Origin: Planctomycetota bacterium
GTDB lineage: Bacteria > Planctomycetota > UBA1135 > UBA2386
Direction: 5' to 3'
DNA length: 64,000 nt
Assembly: GCA_965223545.1 (NCBI GenBank)
Contig: OZ245006.1
Coordinates: forward strand, 2,912,001-2,976,000
The position numbers and the translations under genes are program-made. How positions within the stretch are numbered: the first letter of the stretch is position 1; every line of letters starts with the position of its first letter. Below the pieces are notes generated by a model that ran no database searches, was not told the origin of the DNA, and was given only the letters and a program-made list of their open reading frames with translations. Positions 50,471-59,694 of the stretch are shown here, piece by piece.

Positions 50471-51353
50471 CTGCTACGAACGGCTGAAGTCGGCAGCGCC
50501 CCACGTCGGCATGCGCAATCTCTTCGGTGGTCTACAGAGGCTCCGCGAGTCGATGTCCGGAGAATCGTGGAAGGCGTTCTCCACCGGCGAGGCCATCGAC
50601 CACCCGGTGCGAGACTTGATCCATCAAGATCCGATGACCCGGCGCAGCTTCGACAAGCCGCGGGGGTACGCGGGCGACGCGGTGCTGCTGGACTACATCT
50701 ATCGGATCCGACAACCCGACGAGCAGTCGCCCTTTGCCAGCGTGGTCTACGACTACGCCTGCGGGCGTGCGGCTGCAAGCGCGGTGCGCCACCGGCGCGC
50801 ACTGCTGGCGCACTCCATAGAGCGTGCGGCCGACCGGACCGACGCCGGTGCCCACATTCTCTCGGTAGCCTGCGGCCACCTGCGTGAAGCAGAGCTGTCC
50901 GCGGCAGTTCGACGCGGCTGGGTAGACCGCTTCGTTGCCCTCGACGGCGACCCGCATAGCCTGAAAGAGATCGCGAGCTCTTGGGACGGACCAGTCGAAT
51001 GCGTCCACATGCAGGTTGCGCGGCTCCTCGGGCGTGCGTCACAGCTAGGCCGCTTCGACTTGATCTACTCGGCGGGCCTCTACGACTACCTCGATGACAA
51101 TCTCGCGATGCGACTAACCGGGTCCCTATTCGACACGCTACGCCCCGGCGGAACTCTCCTGCTGAGCAACTTCCTGCCTACGGTTCCCGATGCAGGGTAT
51201 ATGGAAAGCTACATGGGGTGGCAGCTTCTCTACCGGACGCCGGACGAACTTGCGGCCGTTGCTGAAGGGATCCCGCGGGGAAACGTCGCGCGAGCGCGCA
51301 CATTCCGTGACCCGTTCGATGCGATTGTCTACCTGGAAGTCGTAAGGAGTTGA
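50406..51353 (+). CDS. Class I SAM-dependent methyltransferase, PhcB-like
   Basis: 'KPRGYAGDAVLLDYIY', 'LSVACGHLRE', 'DLIYSAGLYDYL' and 'LRPGG..LLSNF'. TTG start preceded by AGGAGA. Confidence 0.82.
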   Translation: MNRTISNRRKSRSRLTRTVLDDCYERLKSAAPHVGMRNLFGGLQRLRESMSGESWKAFSTGEAIDHPVRDLIHQDPMTRRSFDKPRGYAGDAVLLDYIYRIRQPDEQSPFASVVYDYACGRAAASAVRHRRALLAHSIERAADRTDAGAHILSVACGHLREAELSAAVRRGWVDRFVALDGDPHSLKEIASSWDGPVECVHMQVARLLGRASQLGRFDLIYSAGLYDYLDDNLAMRLTGSLFDTLRPGGTLLLSNFLPTVPDAGYMESYMGWQLLYRTPDELAAVAEGIPRGNVARARTFRDPFDAIVYLEVVRS

Positions 51354-51369
51354 GCTCACCACCGCGGCA

Positions 51370-51397
51370 GCGGTCACGGCACGATGCGTGTGACCGC
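51370..51397 (+). terminator. Hairpin downstream of the methyltransferase (possible terminator or processing site)
   Basis: gcggtcac ... gtgaccgc 8-bp inverted repeat about 16 bp after the stop. No U-tract. Confidence 0.4.
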
Positions 51398-51462
51398 GCC
51401 AGATTCATCGACGTTTGGCTCTCCGGTGATGGGGGGCTTGCGATTCCAGCGCTTTGGCAGGC

Positions 51463-54273
51463 ATGAGGATCTCCACACGCAAGCGCCTCGTGAGCACTCT
51501 GTCCGCAACCATCTGGATCGCGGCCGCGTCCCTCACCGCACAGCACAAGGTCACCTTCGAGCTCACTGGGACTTTCTCGGGAGACGGATGCGGCTACAGC
51601 GTCGCGTTCGCCGGTGACCTCAACGGTGACGGAGTCGGCGACCTGTTCGTGGGCTATAGGGCGATCCGCCGGGTACGCGGAATCTCGGGAAGAGATGGCC
51701 AAATCCTCTGGACCGCGGTCGGTCCCGACTCGTTCGGTCACACCATCGCAGCACTCGGCGACATTTCGGGGGATGGCATCACGGACGCCGCCGTTGGCGC
51801 ACCGGACGCCGACGTGGCCGGAGCCAACTCGGGCCAGGTGTCGGTAATCTCCGGGGCCGACGGCAGCATCTTGCAGGCAGGGATCTTCCCGTTCCGGGCG
51901 CCGATGGTCTGGAACGGTGGAGCGATCGGCGACCAGTTCGGTTGGGCACTCACCGCTTCGGACCTGACCGGCGACGGTTGCCGAGACGTCGTCGTCGGCG
52001 CACCGAGAGCCGACACGGCTTCGTTCGATGTTGGGTTCGTCACGGTGTTCGACTCCAAGTCCGGATCGAGGCTGTTCACTCACTACGGCAACGTGGCGGG
52101 CGAGCGACTGGGTCACTCCGTCGCCGAGCTCGGCGATGCGAACGGCGATGGCAGTCCGGAGCTGCTCGCCGGGGCGCCGCGCTACGATGGCGGCCCGGGC
52201 CCGGAGGTCGGTCGCGTTCAGATTCTGAAATGGAGCTCCGCCGGCGGAAGCCAAGTGGACGCCACCTACGTCGGCCAAACCGCTGGCGAACGCTTCGGAT
52301 CGACCGTAGCCGGCGTCGGGGACGTGGAGATCCCCAGCTTCCCGGCAATCGGCAGGGACGGGGCGCCCGACTTCCTAGTCGGCTCACCGACATTCGGCGC
52401 ATCCAACGAAGGCCGTGCGTACCTGTTCTCCGGGAAGCCGGTCTTGACAATCACCCCCGCGAGCTTCAGTCCGTCCAACGCGGGATCCGGGTTCGGGACG
52501 AGGATGCTCGCAATCGGCGACTTCGACATCGACTCCGTCCCGGACTACGCGATCAGCGCGACCAATACGGACCACCACGGCTTGGATTCAGGATCAGTCT
52601 ACGTCTACTCCGGCTCCACTGCCCAGGTGATCGCGCTTCTCAATGGAGACGAACCGCAAGACCGGTTCGGCTGGGCACTGGCCGCGGGAGAGCGCTACTC
52701 GGGCGGTCCCGAGCTGTTCGTGGGAGTCCCATTCTCCGATGTCCCACAGGTCGGTGCGGGCATGGTGCGAGGTTTCGACCCGCTGGCTCTCGATGCATAT
52801 ATAGGTATCCGGTACGTCACGCAGTGCTCGTTGATCTGCCCGCCCATCTCTTTCCCCGGGGGCCCATCGCTCACCAGCACCCTCCGAGACGTCGACCGCG
52901 ATGGGCATGACGAGATCGTCACGGCGCACAACACCTTCATCGGAAGCGTGTCGGCGCAAACGAGCACGTATCTCTGGAGCACAACGGGAGCATCATCGTG
53001 GAGCGCTCTTGCGACCGTGGGCGACGTGGATGGGGACGGGCTGGACGACCTGCTCGCGTCCTCCGTTGGTGGCGGGTATGCGCGAGTTCTGTGCGGAGTC
53101 ACTGGGTCCCAGTTGCACGACATCCCCGCGACCTCGGCGTTCGTCAATTTCGGCGAGCGAGTGTTCGCGACCGGCGACGTCGACGGAGACGGCCACGCCG
53201 ACTTCGGATTGACGACGCACCCTTTCGCCAGCCCAAGCACCACAACGCGAATTCACATCTACTCCGGGCGAACCGGCAACTACATGTGGGGGATTGTGAT
53301 TGCCGCGCCGGACACGCCTGTCGCCGGAATCGACGACACGGACGGCGATGGCCTACCAGAGATCGCTGTATGGGATGGCACCACGCTGACAGTTTGGGAC
53401 GGCCGGACGGCGATTGCTCTTGTGTCCGCATCGATGCCAGGTCCGGTTCACGAGATCGAGGGCGTCGGCGACGTGAATGGGGACGGCATTGGCGATCTCG
53501 CCGTTCTCAGCGACCTCGAGGTCTGGGTACTCTCTGGAGCGAACCTCGGCCGCATCTGGGGATCGAGGGGGCGCGCGTTCGGCAAGGGCGATCGAATCCG
53601 CCGTGCCGGAGATCACAACGGCGATGGTCGGCCCGATGTGCTGGTCGGTTCGCCCAAGCTCAACTTCGTGCGCATCCAGTCGGGCATCGACGGGACCGAC
53701 CTGCTCGTGTTGACCGAGAGGTGGGCCTTCCACACCGGAATCGATCTCTCCGCGGGCGACGTATCGGGGGACGGCCGTCCGGACGTGGTTCTCGGCCATC
53801 GCATGCTCGACCCCTACACCAACTGGCTCCGCTCGATCATCGCGGTACCGACCGAGCTGAGCGGCACACCACCGCGCACCCCTCACCGCGGGATCAGCTG
53901 TTCCGGCACCGGCGGCATCCCGCGACTCGACGCACGTCCCCGACCGAGCCTCGGCACAACCGTCGACGTCTGGCTGCGCGCCGCACCGCCAAGCACCGCC
54001 GCTACCCTGCTTTTGGGCAGCCCGACGTTGCTCGATCTGACGGGCCTCGGCGCTCCTGGTTGCTTGCTCTTCGTCGATCTCTCCACTGCGGCACAACTCG
54101 TCACAACGACCAGCGGGCAAGGCACCACGAGCCAGCCAATCCCGATCCCCGTGACCTCCGCTCTCGTCGGCGCCAGTGTCACAGCGCAGTGGGCAATCGT
54201 CGACCCGCCGGCGAACAGCCTGGGCATCACGTCATCGGAAGCCCGCGACCTCGTCATTGGAGAACTTCGCTGA
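51463..54273 (+). CDS. Second FG-GAP repeat exoprotein, paralog of 46360-49236
   Basis: Shared N-terminus 'QHKVTFE.TGT.SGDGCGYS...FVGYRAIRRVR', shared 'LQAGIFPFRAPM.WNG' and the same C-terminal domain. Confidence 0.88.
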   Translation: MRISTRKRLVSTLSATIWIAAASLTAQHKVTFELTGTFSGDGCGYSVAFAGDLNGDGVGDLFVGYRAIRRVRGISGRDGQILWTAVGPDSFGHTIAALGDISGDGITDAAVGAPDADVAGANSGQVSVISGADGSILQAGIFPFRAPMVWNGGAIGDQFGWALTASDLTGDGCRDVVVGAPRADTASFDVGFVTVFDSKSGSRLFTHYGNVAGERLGHSVAELGDANGDGSPELLAGAPRYDGGPGPEVGRVQILKWSSAGGSQVDATYVGQTAGERFGSTVAGVGDVEIPSFPAIGRDGAPDFLVGSPTFGASNEGRAYLFSGKPVLTITPASFSPSNAGSGFGTRMLAIGDFDIDSVPDYAISATNTDHHGLDSGSVYVYSGSTAQVIALLNGDEPQDRFGWALAAGERYSGGPELFVGVPFSDVPQVGAGMVRGFDPLALDAYIGIRYVTQCSLICPPISFPGGPSLTSTLRDVDRDGHDEIVTAHNTFIGSVSAQTSTYLWSTTGASSWSALATVGDVDGDGLDDLLASSVGGGYARVLCGVTGSQLHDIPATSAFVNFGERVFATGDVDGDGHADFGLTTHPFASPSTTTRIHIYSGRTGNYMWGIVIAAPDTPVAGIDDTDGDGLPEIAVWDGTTLTVWDGRTAIALVSASMPGPVHEIEGVGDVNGDGIGDLAVLSDLEVWVLSGANLGRIWGSRGRAFGKGDRIRRAGDHNGDGRPDVLVGSPKLNFVRIQSGIDGTDLLVLTERWAFHTGIDLSAGDVSGDGRPDVVLGHRMLDPYTNWLRSIIAVPTELSGTPPRTPHRGISCSGTGGIPRLDARPRPSLGTTVDVWLRAAPPSTAATLLLGSPTLLDLTGLGAPGCLLFVDLSTAAQLVTTTSGQGTTSQPIPIPVTSALVGASVTAQWAIVDPPANSLGITSSEARDLVIGELR

Positions 54274-54473
54274 GCCTCAGGGTCCGCAAATCTTCGCGCG
54301 GCGACAACCTTTCGGAAGGCTCGATGCCGCTGGAACTTCGACAACGCAGCTCCCGGAAGCTCGGAGAGACAGTGCCTCCGGGCTCAGCGCGACGGCGGAT
54401 GGGGCAGATGTTCCAAACCTCTCCGGCAAGGGCGGCATCCGAGCTTGGTTGCGGCTGAGGCCGCGCTGAGCCT
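54268..54473 (-). mobile_element. ~196-bp structured non-coding element (MITE/REP-like) flanked by the 10-bp direct repeat CGCTGAGCCT
   Basis: CGCTGAGCCT at 54268-54277 and 54464-54473, nested inverted repeats inside, and homology to 59877-59993. Confidence 0.6.
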
Positions 54474-54506
54474 GCTGCTCCAAAACTGCACTGCAAGGCA
54501 AGAACC

Positions 54507-55967
54507 ATGAAACACGACCTCTCACTCCGCCACATCTCGGTCGCGGCCTCACGCTGCCTTTGGCTCACAGGGATGGCCAGCGCCACTGTTGCTCAAGTGA
54601 TCCCATCGTGGAACCAGATTACTCCCCCAACCACACCGTCCTTCGCCACCCACGCGGGCTTCGCATATGATTCGTTGCGCAAGGTCGCCGTGCGTTTCGG
54701 CGGCTCCAATCCGTCGCTCATCCCGAACGCCAGGCGAGAGACCTGGGAATGGAATGGAGCCGATTGGACGCGCATCTTCCCTGCCACATCTCCGTCCGCT
54801 CGAGCGGCGCCGGCAATGGCCTACGAGAGCGCTCGCGGCAGAGTGCTGTTGTTCGGCGGCTCCGAGCAGTTCACCAAGAGCGACGAGACCTGGGCGTTGG
54901 ACGGTTCCAACTGGACGCAACTGCTCCCCGCCAATCGACCGAGCAAGCGCGATACCGCCATGGTTTACGACTCCTGGCGCGACGTCGTCGTTCTGTTCGG
55001 CGGTCAGGACTACCCGGCTTTCTACAACGACACATGGGAGTTTGACGGGAACGACTGGACCAAGCGGACGCCCACGATCAGCCCGCCCCTGCGGGGCTTT
55101 CACGCCATGGCGTTCGATCCCTCGCGCGGCGTCACGGTGATGTTCGGTGGGACCGACTTCAACAACAGCCCTTCCTCCCAGACGTGGGAATGGGACGGCA
55201 ACGAATGGGCACTGAGAGTCCCGATGACGAGTACTCCTCCCGCCAGAGTCAATCACGCCATGGCGTACGACTTCACGAGCCGCCGCGTCGTAATCCTCGG
55301 CGGCAGAGACACCTTCGGCGGCGGCAACTGGAAGGGCGACTCCTGGGCGTGGGACGGTATGGACTGGATTCCGGTCTCGACCAATGGAGTCACGGTTCGA
55401 GAGGGAGCGGTGATGGCGACCGACTGCAGCCGCGGAACTGTCGTCATGCACGGCGGGAATGCAGGTTTCAGCTATCGCACCGACACTTGGGAACTGGGGA
55501 CCCCGGTCGCGGGACCCTGCGCTGGGCCGCCTGCGACAGGGAGCGTCACATCGATCGGCAGCGGCTGCGCAGGCTCGAGCGGTGGCGTCCCGACGGTCGA
55601 CTCTCCCGGTGTTGCGGTCCCCACCGTCGGTAGCACACTGACGCTCGAGATCACTGGCGGGCCCGTCGGCGCGCTGCACAACTACCTCTTCGTGCTGGGC
55701 AACTCGAACTCGTCGTGGGGCGCGATCCCACTCCCGCTCGCGCTCGCCCCGTTTGGTGCGCCGGGATGCACGCTTTGGACGAGCATCGATCTCGCCGTCG
55801 TCGGTTCCGTCAGCGGCGGCGCCGCGTCGGTCAGCCTCGGCGTCCCAGCCCTCAGCGCGCTGGTGGGTGGAGTCGTCTACTGCGGTGGAGTCATCACCGA
55901 CCCCGGGCACAACCCGCTCGGTTTGATCGCAACCAACGGACTCGCCTTGAGCATCGGCACTCCATAG
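54507..55967 (+). CDS. Secreted Kelch-type beta-propeller protein with the same C-terminal domain as the FG-GAP proteins
   Basis: About six repeats of 'MAYDS.R..V.LFGG....DTWEWDG..W'. C-terminal 'GSGCAGSSGG...GAPGCTL...DPGHNPLGL'. Confidence 0.85.
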   Translation: MKHDLSLRHISVAASRCLWLTGMASATVAQVIPSWNQITPPTTPSFATHAGFAYDSLRKVAVRFGGSNPSLIPNARRETWEWNGADWTRIFPATSPSARAAPAMAYESARGRVLLFGGSEQFTKSDETWALDGSNWTQLLPANRPSKRDTAMVYDSWRDVVVLFGGQDYPAFYNDTWEFDGNDWTKRTPTISPPLRGFHAMAFDPSRGVTVMFGGTDFNNSPSSQTWEWDGNEWALRVPMTSTPPARVNHAMAYDFTSRRVVILGGRDTFGGGNWKGDSWAWDGMDWIPVSTNGVTVREGAVMATDCSRGTVVMHGGNAGFSYRTDTWELGTPVAGPCAGPPATGSVTSIGSGCAGSSGGVPTVDSPGVAVPTVGSTLTLEITGGPVGALHNYLFVLGNSNSSWGAIPLPLALAPFGAPGCTLWTSIDLAVVGSVSGGAASVSLGVPALSALVGGVVYCGGVITDPGHNPLGLIATNGLALSIGTP

Positions 55968-55994
55968 CAACAGCGCTGATCCTCCTCGTGAACC

Positions 55995-58900
55995 CTACCG
56001 ACCCGTTCGCGGCCAGTCGAAGTCAACCATCGTCCGAAGCTCGAGTCCGGAACCCGGCAACGCCATGGCCATCGCCGACCAATCCCGCGTCATCGCGAAA
56101 GGCCCCCGCCGCCGCTCTTCGGGGAACAGCTCGAGGAACAGTCTGCCGTCCCGCAGTTCGAGGAGCCGTGGCCGCTCGTTCCAGCCAGCAGTCAGGACAC
56201 GCGATCGATCCGGAGAAACATCGAGGAACGAAATGCCACTCGTGTGGACCATCGTGCGGTAGACGTAGTTCCCGGCTTCCGTCGAAAACATAGCGACCGA
56301 GCCATCCCCGAGGCCCGCCAACAGACGCGTGTCATCAACGAAGCAGAGGTGGTTCACGGTGGCGTCGAGCTGCGGAGCCCGCAAGAGGATCGCGAGGCTC
56401 ACCGGATCCCGCAAGCACACCGACCCATCGTAGGCGCCGGTCGCGACACCGCCTCCGTCGGGGCGAAGAGCGATACTGGAAAGGCGACCCTGCGCGCTGT
56501 CGTGCCGGCGGATCTTCGAACCCCGATCGCGAACCTCGAAGAGTCCTCCACCGTGACCAACGACCAGCAGGCTACTGCCGTCACGCCGCCACTCGCAGTC
56601 CATCAGCCTCTCGCCACCGAGCTCCAGCTCCGCGAGAAGCTCGCTTCGAGGGAACGTACGAATCGACAGGCGGCCCTCCGCCCCCACCGCCGCGAAACGG
56701 TCGTCCGACGGGCTGACGGCGAGATCCATCACACGCCCCAGCGCCGGAGCGAGCTCGACGATGCGCTCGCCGGAATCGACTCGCCAAACCGCGACTTCCC
56801 CGCCTCGGCCTGCTGAAGCCAAGTACCGACCCGCGGATCCGAACGCCAACCGGTCGACAAACGGCTCGTGCGCGGCGGTCACACGCCATTGCGCTGGATG
56901 CCGCTTCCATACCCGAACACTGTCTCGACCTGCCGAGACAAGGCGATCGCCGCGTGGGTCAATTGCGCACGCATCAATCGCCCCGCGATGCCCGGCAAAG
57001 ACCTGTAGAAGCTGCCCGGTATGGGCGTCGAACAGCCCCAGACGCCGCAGGCCAGCTACAAAGAGCTCGCTCCCGTTTTCAGACAAGGCCATCCCACGCA
57101 CCCAGTGTGAGATCGAAGGCAAAGTCTCGAGGAGGATCCCAGAGGCCGTCGACCAACAGCGGACGTAGCCGTCCCAACCTCCAGTGAACAAGCGCTCTCC
57201 ATCGCGGCTGAAACAGAGGGCCGCAACAACCTCGCTGTGGGCGGACCATTCTGCGAACACATCGCCGGTCGCGACATCGACGAGGACGACTGTCCCATTG
57301 CTCGTTCCTGCAGCCAAGGTGGCCCCGTTCTCCGAGAGAGCTAGCGACCTCACGTCGCTGGTCGAGAACTGGCGCCGACTGCCGTCTCGCAGGTCGAACT
57401 CTGCGATTGCACCGACTCTTGTCGTGGTGAACAGCCTGTCGCCGTCTCCGGAGAACACCATTGTGACCGCGCCCCTGTCGAGGCTGACGACGGGACGCAT
57501 GGTAGCGACCTCGTACACTACGCCTGGCTCCTCCCGAGCCGAGTGGGCCGCGTAACGGCTGCCGGGCGAGATTCTCAGAGCGGAGAGCGGTAGGGGATCG
57601 GCCGGAGCAAATACCGTCGTCGATTCGCCTGATTCGATGTCGAGAGCGTCGACTCGGTCCGGCCGAAGGACTAGAAGCGTTCCGTCCTCCCGATAATCCA
57701 GACGCAGGTCGTAGCCTCCCTCTGAGACGGATCGGCCGCGGTTGGCCATTCGCTGCAGGAACGACCACTCCCAGCCACGCATGGACTCGGGGCACGCCTG
57801 CATCAGTTCGTCGAAGTAGATTAAATCGCCCTCCCGCACTGCCTTCTGCGCGAGAGAGATCGAGTGCCGGTAGGCGGCTCGCTGTGCCAAAGCCGCGTTC
57901 GCATCGGCGCGATTCCGCGCTTCGCGCGCGTTCATGAATGCAATGACGAGAGCGATGGTTGCGACCGTCAGGACCAAACCCATAGCCGCCACCAACCCGA
58001 AGAATCGCCAATGGCGCGCCAAGGTCTTTCGCAGGACGTAGCCGGGGTGATCGCGGCGCGCCTCGATGGGCTCACCGACCAGGTGGCGTCTCAAGTCCTC
58101 GGCAAGCTCACGAGCCGTTTGGTAGCGTCGATCGAGGTCTTTCTCGATCGCACGATGCACGATGACTTCGACATCGCCACGCAGCGACCAATCCCGCGAG
58201 GAGATCCGTACCGGGTCCTGCTCGATGATTGCTCGGGGGATCGCGAAGAAGGTCGTGTCGTCGTCGAGGCGATACGGCAGCTCGCCGGTCAGGAGCTCGT
58301 AGAGCACCACACCGAGCGCGTACACGTCGGAGCGCGCATCCACCAGAGCCGCTTCGCCCCGACACTGCTCCGGGCTCATGTAGCGCGGTGTACCGACCAT
58401 CATGCCGGGACGTGTGTGCATCGTCGCGGCGCCGCCATCGGACTCAGCACATCGCGCCACGCCGAAATCGATGACTTGAACTCGGCCGTGGCCATCGACC
58501 AGCAAGTTGCCGGGCTTGAGATCGCGGTGCACGACCGCGCGAGTGTGGCCGTACTGCACAGCGTCGCAGACCTGACGCATCAGAGCGATCCGCGCGTTCG
58601 TCGAAAGCTGGGCGCGCTGTGCGTACTCGGTGATCGGTAGCGCGCCATGCACCAGCCGCATCACGATGTACGGCAAGACTGCACCCGCCACCTCGTGCGT
58701 TCCGGCGTCATGGATCTGTACGATGTTCGGGTGATCAAGCCGCGCCAACACCTCCGCCTCGGCGAGGAATCGACGCCGCGACTCCGAGTGAGCCAGGGCA
58801 AGGCCCAGAACTTTGATCGCCACCCGCAACTTGGGGTGATCCCGCTCGGCTTCGTAGACCGTGCCCATGCCCCCCGAGGCAATCAGGCGGATCAACCGGT

Positions 58901-59132
58901 AGCGGCCGATGCGCTCGCCCAAGAACCTCGTCTCCGACGCACCCTGGGTCGACGCCTCGGGCCGCGGGACAATCTCAATCTCCAGTCGGTCCGCCGCCAG
59001 CAAGCGCAGCACTTGGCGGCGGAGGTCTTCGTCCCCTCCACAGGCCTCGGCCAGAAACGGCTCTCGCGTCGCGGGAGGTCGTTTCAACGCCTCCTCAAAC
59101 AGGCTCCGCGCGCGACGGGCTTCGTCAACCAC
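55995..59132 (-). CDS. Ser/Thr protein kinase with TM segment and WD40 repeats
   Basis: 'GGMGTVY', 'VAIK', 'HRDLKPGN', 'DFG', 'GTPRYMSPEQ', a TM segment and WD40 motifs ('TGGWDGYVRCW'). The GTG start overlaps the sigma factor stop. Confidence 0.92.
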   Translation of the reverse strand: MVDEARRARSLFEEALKRPPATREPFLAEACGGDEDLRRQVLRLLAADRLEIEIVPRPEASTQGASETRFLGERIGRYRLIRLIASGGMGTVYEAERDHPKLRVAIKVLGLALAHSESRRRFLAEAEVLARLDHPNIVQIHDAGTHEVAGAVLPYIVMRLVHGALPITEYAQRAQLSTNARIALMRQVCDAVQYGHTRAVVHRDLKPGNLLVDGHGRVQVIDFGVARCAESDGGAATMHTRPGMMVGTPRYMSPEQCRGEAALVDARSDVYALGVVLYELLTGELPYRLDDDTTFFAIPRAIIEQDPVRISSRDWSLRGDVEVIVHRAIEKDLDRRYQTARELAEDLRRHLVGEPIEARRDHPGYVLRKTLARHWRFFGLVAAMGLVLTVATIALVIAFMNAREARNRADANAALAQRAAYRHSISLAQKAVREGDLIYFDELMQACPESMRGWEWSFLQRMANRGRSVSEGGYDLRLDYREDGTLLVLRPDRVDALDIESGESTTVFAPADPLPLSALRISPGSRYAAHSAREEPGVVYEVATMRPVVSLDRGAVTMVFSGDGDRLFTTTRVGAIAEFDLRDGSRRQFSTSDVRSLALSENGATLAAGTSNGTVVLVDVATGDVFAEWSAHSEVVAALCFSRDGERLFTGGWDGYVRCWSTASGILLETLPSISHWVRGMALSENGSELFVAGLRRLGLFDAHTGQLLQVFAGHRGAIDACAIDPRGDRLVSAGRDSVRVWKRHPAQWRVTAAHEPFVDRLAFGSAGRYLASAGRGGEVAVWRVDSGERIVELAPALGRVMDLAVSPSDDRFAAVGAEGRLSIRTFPRSELLAELELGGERLMDCEWRRDGSSLLVVGHGGGLFEVRDRGSKIRRHDSAQGRLSSIALRPDGGGVATGAYDGSVCLRDPVSLAILLRAPQLDATVNHLCFVDDTRLLAGLGDGSVAMFSTEAGNYVYRTMVHTSGISFLDVSPDRSRVLTAGWNERPRLLELRDGRLFLELFPEERRRGPFAMTRDWSAMAMALPGSGLELRTMVDFDWPRTGR

Positions 59133-59694
59133 CTTGACCCGCTGCGATGTCGAGCCGCGGATCGTCGCCGAACATCTCGTTGTAGAGCCAGGCCCGAGCA
59201 AACCGCCAATCGCGCTCGATCGTCGCGCTGCCCACCGACAAGTGCTGCGCGACTTGCTCGATGGTCAAACCCGCAAAGAATCTCAGCTCGACGACCCTGG
59301 CCGCCCGCGACTCCTCGCGCTCGAGCCTGTCCAGCGCATCGTGTAGCTCGACCACGTCGACATCGCGCCGCGCATCGGCGAGAAGCTGAGTCGCGAGCGA
59401 TACGCGGTGCCGGTCACCACCTCGTTTGTCGCGCTGCCGGCCGCGGGCGTGGTCGACGAGCACGCGGCGGAGTGCGCGCGCCGCCGTCGCCGCAAAATGG
59501 GTTGCATCACGCCAGCGACAACCTTGGCTCTCCGCCAATCGGATGTAGGCCTCGTTGACGAGACCGGTGGCGTCCAGGGTGTGATCCCGCCGCTCGTCGC
59601 CCATCAACCGGCGCGCGGCTGAGCGAAGATCTTCGTAGATCTGCGCCATCAGAGCATTGGTCTCGGATCGGTTGGGAACGGTAGATTCTGGCAC
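59125..59694 (-). CDS. ECF sigma factor (planctomycete TIGR02999 type)
   Basis: 'IYEDLRSAARRLM..ERRDHTLDATGLVNEAYIRL', 'LVDHAR....KRGG' and 'VVELRFFAGLT...RDWRFARAWL'. Confidence 0.92.
   Translation of the reverse strand: MPESTVPNRSETNALMAQIYEDLRSAARRLMGDERRDHTLDATGLVNEAYIRLAESQGCRWRDATHFAATAARALRRVLVDHARGRQRDKRGGDRHRVSLATQLLADARRDVDVVELHDALDRLEREESRAARVVELRFFAGLTIEQVAQHLSVGSATIERDWRFARAWLYNEMFGDDPRLDIAAGQGG

Noticed and set aside
51398..51418. AGATT..(C)GAC-like motif loosely shared with ~59776, ~46295 and the element end, as a putative ECF promoter
   Set aside because: Short and degenerate, with orientation inconsistent relative to the downstream genes.
54268..54473. Element as an integron attC site, tRNA or known riboswitch
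   Set aside because: No RYYYAAC/GTTRRRY ends, no cloverleaf or T-loop, no aptamer consensus that I recognise, and no integron integrase.
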